A stretch of DNA of 64,000 nt from the NCBI RefSeq assembly GCF_963921235.1, contig NC_086097.1:195612001-195676000 (forward strand). Direction: 5' to 3'. The DNA comes from Mobula hypostoma. Its lineage: Eukaryota. Below, piece by piece: positions 38,237-51,238 of the stretch; within the stretch, counting starts at the first letter, position 1, and each line of letters starts with the position of its first letter. The notes below the pieces were generated by a model, which saw nothing but the letters and a program-made list of their open reading frames with translations, was not told where the DNA came from and did not search any database. The translations under genes and the position numbers were made by a program.

Positions 38237-38934
38237 CAGTGGTTCCTAACCTTTTTTATGTCATTACCTACCAGAGCAGGTCAAATCTAGAAATCCTGCA
38301 GCATGTAACTCACCTCCTGACTCCACGAAGCCTGTCCACCATCTACAAGGCTCAGGTCAGGAGTGTAATGGAATACTCGCCACTTGCCTGGATAAATACA
38401 ACTCCATTAACACTCAAGAAACTGGACAACATCCAGTTCAAGGCAGCCCACTTGATTGGTACCCCTTCCACAAACATCCAATCCCTCCACCATTGACGAA
38501 TAGTTACATCAGTCTGTACTATGTACAAGATGTTCTGCAACAACACACCAAAGTTTTTAAGGCAGCACCTTCCAGACCCCACGACCACTACCATCTAGAA
38601 GAATGAGAACCGCAGATACCTGGGAACACCACCACTTGGAAATCCCCCTCTAAGTCACACACCAACCTGACTTGGAACCATATCACCATTCCATCATTGT
38701 TTCTGGGTCAAAATTATGGAATTCCCTCCCTAACAGCACTGTAGGTGTACCAACACCTCAGGAACTGCAGTAGTTCAAGAAGGTAGCTCATCACCATCTT
38801 CTCAAGGGCAACTGGGGATGGGCAATAAATGCTTGCTTACCTGGCGATGCCCGCATCCCGTAAAGGAATAAATTTTTTTAAATATACATTACCATTAACC
38901 AAGGGGTCTATGGACCCCAGATTGGGAACCACTG
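38237..38934. mobile_element. hAT-type MITE (about 75 bp when empty) containing a LINE insertion
   Basis: Terminal inverted repeats CAGTGGTTCCTAA / TTGGGAACCACTG; degenerate 8-bp flanks AATTTAAT / AAATAAAT. Confidence 0.75.
38269..38886 (+). mobile_element. CR1/L2-group LINE 3' fragment (lineage distinct from the main CR1s)
   Basis: LSTIYKAQVRSVMEYSPLAW..KKLDNIQ; 3' UTR CTCAAGGGCAACTGGGGATGGGCAATAAATG; CATTACC TSD at 38262-38268 / 38887-38893. Confidence 0.85.
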
Positions 38935-39231
38935 AAATAAATGTATTGTTTGTGTCGAGGACGTGCTCAGGAGCAGCCCACGTGTATCACCATGCTCCTG
39001 GTGCCAACATATCATGCCCACAATGTACTTGTCCTAACCTGTACAACATTGGAATGTGGGAGGAAACTGAAGCACCCTGAGTAGACCCACACGATCACGG
39101 AGAGAATGTACAGGCACCTCACAGACAGTGGCAGGGTTCGAATCCTGATCTTACACTGGCACAGTAAAGCATTGTGCTAACTGCTACACTACCTTGCCAC
39201 CTGATTACCTTTTAGAAACAATCGGCAACAT

Positions 39232-40134
39232 ACAATTGCTGATGACACAAAGGTTGGGAGTGTTGTGGATCGTGTGGAGGGCTCTCAGAGGTTACAACGG
39301 GACATCGATAGGATGCAAAACTGGGCTGAGAAGTGGCAGATGGAGTTCAACCCAGATAAGTGTGAGGTGGTTCAATTTGGTAGGTCAAATATGATGGCAG
39401 AATATAGCATTAATGGTAAGACTTTTGGCAGTGTGGAGGATCAGAGAGATCTTGGGGTCCGAGTCCATAGGACACACAAAGCTGCTACGCAGGTTGATTC
39501 TGTGGTTAAGAAGGCATACGATGCATTGGCCTTCACCAATCGTGGGATTGAGCTTAAGAGCCAAGAAGTAATGTTGCAGCTATATAGGACCCTGGTCAAA
39601 CCCCACTTGGATTACTGTGCTCAATTCTGGTTGCCTCACTATAGAAAGGACGTGGAAACCATAGAAAGGGTGCAGAGAGAGACTTACAAGGATGTTGCCT
39701 GCATTGGGGAGCATGCCTTATGAGAATAGGTTGAGTGAACGCGGCCTTTTCTCCTTGCAGTGGCGGAGGATGAGAGGTGACTTGATACAGATGTACAAGA
39801 TAATGAGAGGCCTTGATCATGTGGATAGTCAGGGGCTTTTCCCCAGGGCTGAAATGGCTAGCACAAGAGGGCATAGTTTTAAGGTGCTTGGAAACAGGTA
39901 CAGAGGGGTAAGTTTTTTACGCAGAGAATGGTGAGTGCATGGAATGGGCTACCGGCAGCAGTGATGGAGGCGGAAACAATAGGGTCTTTTAAGAGACCCT
40001 TGAATAGCTACATGGAGCTTAAAAAAACTAGAGGGCTATGGATAAAGCCTAGGTAGTTCTAAGGTAGGGACATGTTCGGCACAGCTCTGTGGGCCGAAGG
40101 GCCTGTATTGTGCTGTATGTTTTCTATGTTCTAT
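39232..40134 (+). mobile_element. CR1 3' fragment
   Basis: ADDTKVG, WQMEFNPDKCEV, LVKPHLDYCAQFW; TTTCTATGTTCTAT tail. Confidence 0.92.
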
Positions 40135-40480
40135 CTTCTAATACCGACATCATCATGGTCTCCCACTCGCTACAATACAAGCAAATACACCTGGCATTTC
40201 AGTTCAATCAACATGTTCCAGCTCATGACAGATTTCCTTGCAGCCCTTCCCATTGCCAGATAAGCAATAGTCATGAGCCATATTACCAGCCATTGTATCC
40301 GACTTGTAAGGTGCAATATTGACTGTTCGTAATCCAGCGCATCTAATTTTGAAACTATTTTGTGGTATTCCTTTAATGCTTAGATGATATATACCAGTAA
40401 ATATAATTTTCATATTTTATACAACACACAGAAAATGCTGGAGGAACTCAGCAGGCCAGGCAGCATCAATGGAAAAAGTA

Positions 40481-40518
40481 CAGTTGACGTTTCAGACCGA
40501 AACCTTTCGGCAGGACTG
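40481..40518 (-). ncRNA. Hammerhead-like motif (CUGCCGA variant) in the inverted pLTR
   Basis: CAGTC-CTGCCGA-AAGGTTTCGGTCT-GAAA-CGTC-AACTG. Confidence 0.55.
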
Positions 40519-40896
40519 GAGAAAAATAAAGAGTTGAAGGAACAACACCTTATATTCCGTTTGGGTAGCCTCCAACGTAATGGCATGAACATCAATTTCT
40601 TAAACTTCCAGTAATGCCCCCAACCCCCCTGCCCTACTCCATTTCCCATCCCTTTTTCCCTCTCTCACCCCATCTCCGTGCCCGCCCATCGTAAACACTC
40701 TGGTGCTCCTTCTCCTTCCCCCTTTTTCTCTTCCATGGCCGTCTGTCTGTTTCACCAGTCAACTTCCAACAACTATCTCTTTTCACCAATCAAGATCTTT
40801 ACTTCATCCCTCCCCCTCCAGGTTTCACCTGTCTCCTGGTGGTTCTCTCTCCCCTCCCCCCCCCACCTTTTAAATGTACTCTTCAGTTTTTTTTCC

Positions 40897-40934
40897 CAGT
40901 CCTGCTGAAGGGTTTTGACCTGAAATGTTGACTG
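40897..40934 (+). ncRNA. Hammerhead-like motif (CUGCUGA variant) in the 3' pLTR
   Basis: CAGTC-CTGCTGA-AGGGTTTTGACCT-GAAA-TGTT-GACTG. Confidence 0.5.
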
Positions 40935-41779
40935 TATTTTTTTCTATAGGTGCTGCCTGGCCTGCTGAGTTCGTCCAGCATTTTGTGTGTGTTTCTCAGA
41001 TTACCAGCATCTGCGGATTTTCTCTTGTTGTCTTTTTTGTTTTATATTTTATATATTATTCCTCTTTCCTAAGATAAATATTTTGTGATTTGGGAAGAAG
41101 ATTACTTGGCAATAATCCAATCAAGCGGGTCAGATGACAATACAAACCAGGAGAGCAAAGGACAAGCAGTGTGTTAGTCATCAAAATCTGAATATTGGAT
41201 TACTCCCCATAATCTTCTGCCACTCATCCAATGTTTACACCCATTTATTTTTACCCTCTGTTATTATTGTCACTTTTTCTGTGCCATTACAATGACAATG
41301 ACGCAAAGCGAGGAGGTGCCTCACTGCATATCAAGTCAATGAGTCAATGTTACAGAAACATCAAATAAAATCACATTCTTTGAAAAGTTATTTTACATAA
41401 TGTGCATTAGACTATAAAATATGCACTGATGATAGGCAATGCATAATCCCGACATACAACAAATATTCCAGCATCTTCTTTGTCTCATAACCAAATTAAC
41501 TATTTATAAAATATCCTGACTAGTAAATATAATTTTTAATTACTGATAAATTTACTGCAGATGTTAGTAAAATATACAACGTTTTTAAAATTAAATTTAA
41601 GTGACTACTTTTCATGAAAATAGAAGGAATTAGAAAACAGCCTCTATCCAATTCTGTCACTATGATGTCATGCTAAAGAAGAGTCATTTGTTTTGCCAAT
41701 GTGTTTTCACTACCTTGTTGTCCTAGTGAATATCATTGCTCATCCTGTGCCCGAAAAAGCAGCATATCAAATGAACTCA

Positions 41780-42570
41780 ACTTAAAAGCTGCAGATGTTA
41801 GAAATCTAAACCAAAAGTAATAATGAAGAGATCCTTAGAGGGTCAGGATTCAACAGTGGGGAGAGACATAAAGTCAATGCATTGAGTGAGGGCTGAAAAA
41901 GAAATGTGTGAAGTTGCAGTGAGCGTAGAACATAGAGAATAGTGGAAATGTCTGTGAAAGGGTGGAAGTCAAAGCTGCCAAAGTAACAATGGCTTTAGAA
42001 ACTGCTAGCTAGAGGCAGATGAGAGAAATTAAATACACTATTTTACTGAAAGGCCCAGCTACATTCCAGAGAAAGAAGTACTTACTTGAAATTATTAAAA
42101 TCTACATTGAGTAATTAATACTGCTTAATACTGCAGGAACATCACTGAAGATGTGTCCAGAGGCATCAGTAGATGTAGGTACACGGCATACTGAAAGATA
42201 AAATGTTGTTCCTTGAGCTTATCTTGGGCACCATTGGAGCCAAAGGTAGAGAGTTCAGAGTAGGAGTGATGCAGAGAGCACAAGTGACGGAAAACAGAAA
42301 GCACAGAGTTGCTCTTTCAACCTAAATTTGACACTGCAGTCACCCAATCTGCCTTTCTATTTACCAGCATAAAGGAGACCACATTGTGATCACCAAATGC
42401 AATACCCTAAATTGATCAAATGCAAATTAATTACTGCTTCACATGGAAGGACTGTTTGGATCTCTAGATGGTAAACTTTAAAGGAAAGCAATAACCCATG
42501 GTTGTATGGAATACTGTCATGTGAGGTAGTGTTGATGGAGATGGACCAGGGAGCTGTAGAATGAGTCCAT
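41780..42570 (-). mobile_element. Ancient Penelope-like GIY-YIG relic with pLTR
   Basis: Reverse complement near 42340-42470 reads KQSFHVKQ..LGYCIWxSQCGLLYAGKxKGRLGD; pLTR-like GCTGCAGATGTTAGAAATCT near 41790. Confidence 0.7.
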
Positions 42571-42749
42571 TTATTGTTTGCTATCAGAATTTAATACTGA
42601 ATTTAACAGTTTCAGGTATTATCCCTTCTCCTTTATTGTTTATCTTTATCCACTAATGTTGCTGCTCCTTTCTGTTTCCATTTGTTTCATTTTTTTCTCT
42701 GACTCCAGATACCAGTTTTCAAAATAATTATTACCTTGACAACTTTGGT

Positions 42750-43590
42750 CTAAGACCGTAAGATATAGGAGCAGAATTAGGCCATTTGGCACATTGAGTC
42801 TGCTCTATCATTTCATCATGACTGATTTATAGTTATACATTTGCACCGTGGAGAGCATTCTGACAGGCTACATCACTGTCTGGTATGGAGGGGCTACTGC
42901 ACAGGACCGAAAGAAGCTGCAGAGAGTTGTAAATCTAGTCAGCTCCATCTTAGGTACTAGCCTACGAAGTACTGAGGACATCTTCAGGGAGCGGTGCCTC
43001 AGAAAGGCAGCATCCATTATTAAAGACATCCAGCACCCAGGGCATGCCCTTTTCTCACTGTTACCATCAAGTAAGAGGTACAGAGGCCTGAAGGCACACA
43101 CTCAGTGATTCAGGAACAGCTTCTTCCTCTCTGCCATCCGATTCCTAAATGGACATTGAACCGTTGGACACTACCTCACTTTTTTTTAATATAGAGTATT
43201 TCTGTTTTTGTATATTTTTTAATCTATTCAATATATGTAATTTATTTACTTGTTCATTTGTTATTTTATTTTTTATTTTATTTATTTTTTTCTCTCTGCT
43301 AGATTATGTATTGCATTGAACTGCTGCTGCTAAGTTAACAAATTTCACGTCACATGCCGGTGATAATAAACCTGATTCCGGTTCTGATTCTGATTTATCT
43401 TCGCTTTCAACCCCATTCTCCTGCCTTCTCCCTGTAACTTTTGATGCCCTTACTAATCAAGAACCTGTCCAGCTCTGTAAAATAGACCATAGACCTGGCC
43501 TCCTCAACGATCACTGATAATCAATTCCACAGGCTCACCATCCTCTGTCTAAAGAAACACCTGCTCATCTCTGTTCTCACGGGATGTCCT
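42750..43590 (-). mobile_element. CR1 3' end split by a Rex/Babar insertion
   Basis: Tail and UTR at 42750-42830 continue at 43399-43590. Confidence 0.8.
42831..43389 (+). mobile_element. Rex1/Babar 3' fragment
   Basis: ESILTGYITVWYGG..HPGHALFSLLPS; (GATTCT)n tail; CTGATTTAT TSD at 42822-42830 / 43390-43398; very similar to 57550-58073. Confidence 0.92.
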
Positions 43591-44189
43591 CCTTGTTACA
43601 AGTATCAACCTTCAACAGTAATGATCAGCTGGAGACATAGGGAATCTGTATGAATTGGCAAATAGATTTTTTGGTTTATTCACAACAATCAGGTGAATAT
43701 ACAAAACTAGATAGCTGTGCGTGCACTCACTAGGTTTCCCTGACCCTCACTCCCCATCCTACATCCCCATGAATAGTCAAAGAATAGAAAGGCCGATACC
43801 CAGGGTAAGAAGTCTATGCTATCCAAGCATTCTTCTTAATCCTAATGTAATCTCCATATTTCCAAATTGGAGACATTTAATTCTGCAATGGTTGATTTTC
43901 AGAGTGATTACTGGTTGTTTTCTGAAAATCCTCCATTCTTACCAGATTGATCATTTATGTTTCGATTTTGTTCGCTCAGGCTCATCTGACTGGCCAATAT
44001 CTGCTTCTCACTGGATCTGGCCAAATGCTACAAGCAGTGTTACTTTATGGCTGTTTCTCCAGATTTGTGCCTAAGGTAACTTTCTCTGGTCATCCAAACT
44101 CAGACCAGTTAGCCAGACACTGGGCTCAGACTATTTCAGTTCCCAAACTGTTCTTTTTATAAGCTTTTTTACATAACTGACCAAAAAGC

Positions 44190-44935
44190 TTCTTGTCTGG
44201 AAATGCCATATTCCAGTTTCTCTATGACACCACCGTTGTAGGCCTAATCAAAGGTGCTGACCAATCAGCATTTAGGAGGGAGACTGAAAATTTGGTTGAG
44301 TGGTGCCACAAGAACAACCTCCCACTCAATGTCAGCAAAATCAAAGAGATGTTTATTTACTGCAGAAGGAAGAAACCGGAGGTCCGTGAGCCAGTCCTCA
44401 TTAGGGAATCAGAGGTGGAGAGGGTCAGTAACTTTCAATTCTTTGTTATTATCATATCAGACAGTCTGTCCTGGGACCAGCAGTGGCATCACAATAAGGC
44501 ACAACAGTGCCCCTATTTTTGTAGAAGTTTATGCACATTTGACATGTCATCTAAAATTTTGACAAACTTCTATAGATTCACAGCGGAGAGAATTCCAACA
44601 ACAATGCCCAGGAGTGGAAAAGTCGACAGAAAATGATGGATATAAGGCAGTACTCACAGGCAAAGCCCACCCCACCACTGAGCACATTTACTCGGAATGC
44701 TGCCACAAGAAAGCAACATCCATCATCAAGGACACCCAACCATCCAACCTCAACTCTGAACTGCTTTCACAACGTACAGGCTTACTACCACTCATGCTCT
44801 AAGAGTTAATTTTTATATGCACTTCTTTTGAACATTGGTTGTTTGTCAGTCTTTATTATGTATAGTTTTTCATAAATTCTGTGTGTTTCTTAATTTTACT
44901 GTAGTGCCTGCAAGAAAATGAATCTCAAGGTAGAA
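44190..44935 (+). mobile_element. Rex1/Babar RT C-terminal fragment, degenerate
   Basis: FLYDTTVVGLI..LVEWCHKNNLPLNVSKIKEM. Confidence 0.82.
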
Positions 44936-47900
44936 GACACTGCCTCAGATTTCTTTCTGTTTTCTCCACACCTTCCTCATTCTGCAACTTAAAATATACA
45001 GTACTTACTCTCTGTTTCCAGTTCTGAAAGTAGTTCTTGACCTGAAACATCGACCTTGCTTCTTTCCCCACTGATACTCCCTGAGCAACTGAGTGATTTC
45101 AATTTTTTTTGTTTTTTCAAAAAATAAACACCTTTTCAATATTGGCCAAAGTAAACTTTTCCAGCATTTTTTAAATATGTGCTACAAAAATATGAAGTAC
45201 AACAAAAATGCAGACGTGCCTTTCAGTTCTAATTGAGACAATAAGGGGAACAAGGTGATTTTAAGTGATAATCTTTTGCTTAGAAATATTTCTTTTAACA
45301 CACAATGTTTTCCAATTTTTGTCCTCAAAAGTTGAAAGCATACCAGACTTTAAAAATAACAGATTCATTCATTAATGGAAATGCTCCAGTGATGCAAAAC
45401 CTTCTTGTTATTTTCTGAACATCCAAAAACCAACAAGATTTAAGAGTTGTTTTGCATTGCTATAGAGTCCCAAAATGTTTCCGTAACAGCTTACAAGTCT
45501 GAGAGCTGTAATTGAATTTAAATTGATCAAAGTCAGATTCCTTCTTCTGGATTGCTTTATTCTAGAATGCGTGACTATTTCCTTTCATATTTACCTTAAA
45601 CTAGTTTTGCTACTGATTAACAACCAAGTGATTTGCTAAGGTGACAAATGATGTGACTGCTTAATCAGTTGACTACTAACTTATATACTCATCACTCAAA
45701 TTTGTTTCTATTGATTAATTTTGCTATTTTTCTGCATTTCCATAAATAATGATAAAATAATTTCTGGCTATAGCCTATGAATGGTTCAGATTGAAGAATT
45801 CACCTCTTATAATTATTAGCTTAGAAAAGTGTCCCTGGGATTGTAATCAATCCAATTTGATAAATTTTATTATAGAAGTACTTTAGATGTAATGCTATAT
45901 GCAGCCCTTTTCTATTCTTTTTTAATTCACCTAAACATGCGTAGGGACGAATCATTAAGTGTTTAAAAGTACCATTCATGCAGGTGAGTCTGACTCGTAA
46001 GTGTGTTAAAGTGAATAATTTGCCATCAAAAGATCTGTTTGCAACATACATTAAAGAATATTATTATGACTGAATATTACTGTTAGCTTAATATTCCCAA
46101 TCAGTTTATTTACATCAAAGCATTTGGAGATGCAAAAATCTGACTTTCATTGAAGAGTATTATCTAATTTGCAGAAGGTTTATTTTACCTTGAGCATTTT
46201 CTGGATCACTTAAAAATAAAATCATAATAATTATACAGTATATTCTAATAATATATTTTGGATCTAGCTTGAATTTTCAATTTTCTTGATTCATTCACAA
46301 TCTATATCTTAACAAGACTATAAATAAACCCTACTGTCACCATAATGCTTTGCCACTAACCCCGGGCAACACAGATACACTTCCTGCTTTAATTCCCTCT
46401 CAAACTGCTAATTTTAAAATATGTTTACATTTTCAGTGCCTGAGAGCCATGCAGCCAGAAATTTAGACCAGCATTTTGACAGATTATTAAAGTATATTGT
46501 TTTCATGTTATTAACTGCAGCAATTCCAATGGTCTGATATAAAACTGGATTCTATATTCGTGAATAAATATATGCAAATAAAAGGCTGTTGAGTAACACA
46601 ATGTATCAATGACCTTTATTCAGAGTCATCTATTATCAGCCTGAATTCTGACAGAATAGCCAACTATTTATATTATAAACATTGCACTTTCTAGCTTCTA
46701 TAAATGAGAATGAAGTTTTAAATTTGTCAATCAGTATATCCTCTTGTTACAGTTTCAAAAATAAATATTGGTAATGCCAAGCAGCTGAATTGTAATTCAT
46801 TCATCTTTATTCATGACTTTGCAGCATTAAACCTCCATAACCCTTTGAGGCTGAGGCTATTTTAAAATTTGTCAAGAACAAGTGATTTATATCACATAGG
46901 TTAAAAGTAGCAAGCATTATTTCAACTTAATGATAAAACATAAGAAGCTTTGACCAGAAATATTGTTTATCAAAGAAATCTCAGATTATTTTCATTAACT
47001 TGGGTAGATTTGAATTCATAAATTTATTCCACAAGATAAATACTCAACAATCAAAAGCCGCTCAGGACCTGTTCTGCTGATACGCGATCTATCAAATTAG
47101 AATACATTGGCTCCAATTCTATTGTCTCAGCCTGGACTCCTCTCAAATTGAGAAGTCATGTGAGGAAGGCAAATGACTCTTTCATGCATCCTTCACTATC
47201 TTCAGTAAAAATATTTGGCTTCTCAAAATATTTTAGAGATCGAGGTGTTCCTTTTGCTTATCTGGTTTAATTGACCATCACCTGTATGAAAAACAGAAAT
47301 ATGGAAATTAGTGATATTAATGTCAATATCAATTTGCTTTCTTTGATTGTTTTTAAATCTATTTATTCAATTAGGAGTTATTTATTTATAATCTTGCTTG
47401 GGTAATAGAAGAAGGAAATTTAAATCTCATTAAGCTTTCGTATAATTGGAACATTCACAGTAAAATTACCTCCACTCCTTGAACATTGAACTAACAGACA
47501 AAATTGTTAAAGATGTACTGAGATTTGATACCCTTGTTTTCAATCAGTCCACACATTATAAAGAATTAATTTCAGCATCAGTTCATTTAGGCTGACACAT
47601 CCATTAACTATCATCCACATTGAAATCACTGTAAGTAAGAAATTACTATGATTACAAAAGTTGCCTGCTATAAGGGAGTTAATTTGGCTTTAGAACAAAT
47701 CATTTGCCGTCTGGTCCAGAAATGATTCTTTAATCATCAGCATGAAATAGAGCAAGGGAGTTAAAATTTCATTGTATCTTTTACATGGCTCTGCTGTTCT
47801 GACATTCCAAGAATTTTGTTTCTTCCGGGCCATGTAGATGGTAGGATTAAAAACAGGCATATATCTTTGTGAAGATTATTTTTTTTGGTAACTTGCTTTT

Positions 47901-48499
47901 AACTGAATGTAAAACAGTGCCTGGGTTTTCAATCAACTGTTTATACGCTTCACTATTGAATATGGAATGAGATTGTAATTAAAAGTGTCCAAGACCCTAG
48001 GTAAATATTGCCATATTAACATTTCTGTTTCCTCAGGTCCTCGGAGCATAGCATGCTCAGGCACAGAGCAGACAGAACATTGATGGGTGGAATTAATCCA
48101 TGATATCCATCCAATTGGTACTTAACCCTGTGTAAACGTTTCAGTGCAGAGAGGACAAAAGAAGCAGAAATTATGAGTTCCAATGCCTTTCTTATACTTT
48201 TACTGGGAAAACAATTGGAGCTGCACTTTTGGAAGGCAGGCATGCAGACCTTCAGACCAGCACAAGTTTTAGAGGAGGTCACATACTGCATCAATGCCTA
48301 CCCTTAAAATAAAGTATCTTGGTTGGAAGAATAGTGTAAAGGACAAGGGCCTTGTCACAGAACAGAGCAAAGAAGGTGAAATAAATTGGCATTTCCTTAT
48401 CCATTGATTTTTTCAGGATCTAGTGTTAGCATTTGTTGCCTATCCCTCTTGTCCCTTGAGACAGTGGTGACGCCTTCCTCAACTTCTGCACTCCTTTTG

Positions 48500-48800
48500 C
48501 TGCCGTCACAAGTAGGTAGGGTCTTAAAGAGAGATTTTGGCTCATTGGCCTTCATAAATCAAAGTACTGAGCACAGCATTTGTGATGTTATGTTGATGTT
48601 GTATAAGACTTTGGTGAGGCCTAATTTGGAGTATTGTGTGCAGTTCTGGTCACCTACCTACAGGAATGATATCAATAAGATTGAAAGACTGCAGAGAAAA
48701 TTTACAAGGATGTTGATGGGACACAAGGACCAAAGTTATAGGGAAAAGTTGAATAGGTCCAGACTTGATTCCTTGGAGAGCAGGAGAAAAAAGGGAGATG
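48500..48800 (+). mobile_element. CR1 fragment
   Basis: LYKTLVRPNLEYCVQFWSPTYRND. Confidence 0.85.
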
Positions 48801-48829
48801 ATTCACTCATTTATATCAAATAGACTAGA

Positions 48830-49320
48830 TACTGAAATGCACTTTTTACTGGCCTTCCAAAGCACTGTATTGACAAACTGTTCATATGAGGATGCTTATC
48901 ACTCCCATCCTAGCTGCTCTGCATTGCCTTCCTGTATCTTTGAAAGTTGATTTTAAAGTTCTCTTACTTGTTTTTAAAGCTCTCAATAGCCTGGAACCAG
49001 AGTGCTTCACATAATTGCTTTCTTTCTATATCCTGCTTGAGCTCTCAGGTTGTCTTCTACAAGTCTCTTAAATTTAAACAATCACCCTCAATAGAAAATT
49101 GGCAGGTCAGTTGTATTTAACTACACTAATAAACTTTTTGAACTCAATACCTAAAATTATAAGGGATGCAGACATATAAACACCAGCTCAAAACCGAGTT
49201 ATTTAAGCTTGCTTTTAACTAACATCTTTTTGTCTTTTATTCTGTTTGCACTTTATCCCATTGAAAAGCAATGCATCATTTGTATGAAAGGTGCTCTCTA
49301 TATAAGTTATTGTTATTACT
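48830..49320 (+). mobile_element. L2 LINE 3' fragment
   Basis: ITPILAALHCLPVSLKVDFKVLLLVFKAL (L2 C-terminal signature); tail AAGGTGCTCTCTATATAAGTTATTGTTATTA. Confidence 0.8.
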
Positions 49321-50884
49321 TACTCTTTCTCAGCTGAAGATGATAAAACCTGAGATGTGGACATAGCCAAGCACACTCATTTTTTAATTACTAGGAACTT
49401 TCATACTATTCTAGTGATGTTTAGTATTGTGGCTTTCTGAAGATTTACATAGATATTGCAGTGTAGCCCTAATTGTTTAATGTTATTGCGTAATGCCTTT
49501 GGGAAGATATCAGTTGTAGATATCACTATTGGGACAATGTCTGCCCTTGTTCATGTTTCAATATCTTTCAAGTTTCCCTTTTAATTCAGAATTTTTCTGG
49601 CAATTTTCACTTATTGGTTTCTGTAAGGCATGTGTTTTTGGAATGGCTATATCTATTAAGTAAGTTGTTTTTGCTTGATTATCTTGTATTATTAAATCTC
49701 GTTGGTTATTATGGACTGTCCCATCTGTAATAACGGATTGGCCGTAATATAATTTGTAGTATTCTATTTGTAAAGCTGGATCAGGCTTGGATTTTTAGTA
49801 AGGTTTGACTTTTTTTATGTGTTTTCATTTTAAAGCAAGATTTTGATGAATGATGTTTGCCATTTGATTGTGCCTGTGTAAGTAATCAGTTTGTGTAAAA
49901 CTGCTACAGGATCCTGTAATGTGTTGGATTGTTTCTGGTTTTTCTTGGCATTTTCTACATTGTCATCTTGAATTTGTTGGTCTTTTATTATGTACCTTTG
50001 ATCTGTTTTTGTATTAACCACTTACTCCTGTATTGCCACAAGGAACCCTTCTGTTTCTGACACGAGGTCTCAAACTCTCAGCCAGACATTTGGTGTTCCC
50101 TTGTCAACATCTAGTCTTCTCAGATCATGATGATATCTTCCATGGAGGGTCATATTTTTCCATTGGTTAACTTTTTCTTCTACAGTGATAATGTCTTCAT
50201 TTTTCTGGATTGTGCTCTCATTTAAATTTAGTGGTGCATACTTCTTATCAGAATCTCAAATGCTCGCATGGAGTGCTGAATCCTGTTTTCATTGATGAAA
50301 GTATATCCTTAGAAGTTTTATCTGACTGTTGTGTAGATTTTTAGTTTCTGTTATTCCTCTTCTCCCTTCTTTCCTAGGTAGTGTTAATCTAAGCAACCTG
50401 AGAGTACATAATGTGTTCTGAAATTGTCATTTCAGTTCTTATTTTTCTTTGTAAATTTTCCAGATTGGTTCTGGACCAAGATATAATGCCAAAACAATAT
50501 GTTAATTTATCAAAAGTAAAGCAAAAGTGTTTATTGCCTTTGTTATATTTTTACTGTTGATCTCTGGTTGGCAGATCTTCTTAAGCCTTGAACTAAATTC
50601 TGTCAATAATTTTTCCTTTATCGCAATATGATCTATTTTCTTTGCTTAGTGATTTCCCAGACACTTATATGTTTAATATTCATCCATCAGTTGTATTGTA
50701 TCCTGCTGCTCTGTTTTGTATTCTATTAGCTCTAATGCACTTTCCTTTATGTTTAATATTCTGCACTTATCCAGTCCAAAGTTCATGCAATATCTTTAGA
50801 AAACAGTCCTACTATTTGAATTAACTGCTTTAGCTTTACTGATGGAGCATATAATTTCAAATCATCCATGTATTGAAGGTGTAT

Positions 50885-51238
50885 ACATTTGAATGTTAAA
50901 AGGCCTGAACAGATTAGTTATTTCCCATGGTAGGGGAGTCTAGGACAAGAGGGCATGACTTCAGGATTGAAGGACATCCACTTAGAACAGAGTAGCAGAG
51001 AAATTACTTTAGTCAGAGTGTGGTAATTCTGTGGAATTTGTTGCCATGAGCGGCACTGGAGGCCAAGTCATTGGGTGCTTTCAAGGCAGAGATTGAAAGG
51101 TTCTTGATTAGCCAGGGCATCAAAGGGAATGGGGAGAAGGCGGGGGAGTGGAGATGGCTAGAAGAATTGGATCAGCCCATGATTGAATGTGGAGCAGACT
51201 GGATGGGCTGAATGACCTTCTTCTGCTCCTATATCTTA
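50885..51238 (+). mobile_element. CR1 3' fragment
   Basis: RTRGHDFRIEGHPL, YFSQSVV; its tail resumes at 51646 (ATGGTCTTATGGTCTTATA). Confidence 0.85.

Larger units (their letters stand above)
38180..39201 (-). mobile_element. V-domain SINE interrupted by a nested MITE
   Basis: tRNA head (GGTGGCAAGGTAGTGTAGCAG..GGATTCGAACC) and V-domain at 39030-39201; 3' part at 38935-39030 and 38180-38236. Confidence 0.7.
40422..41043 (+). mobile_element. Truncated Penelope-like element: inverted 5' pLTR, GIY-YIG C-terminus, pyrimidine-rich UTR, 3' pLTR
   Basis: LKEQHLIFRLGSLQRNGMNINFLNFQ*; 40422-40520 is the reverse complement of 40895-40992; possible ATATTTTATA TSD at 40412-40421 / 41044-41053. Confidence 0.88.
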
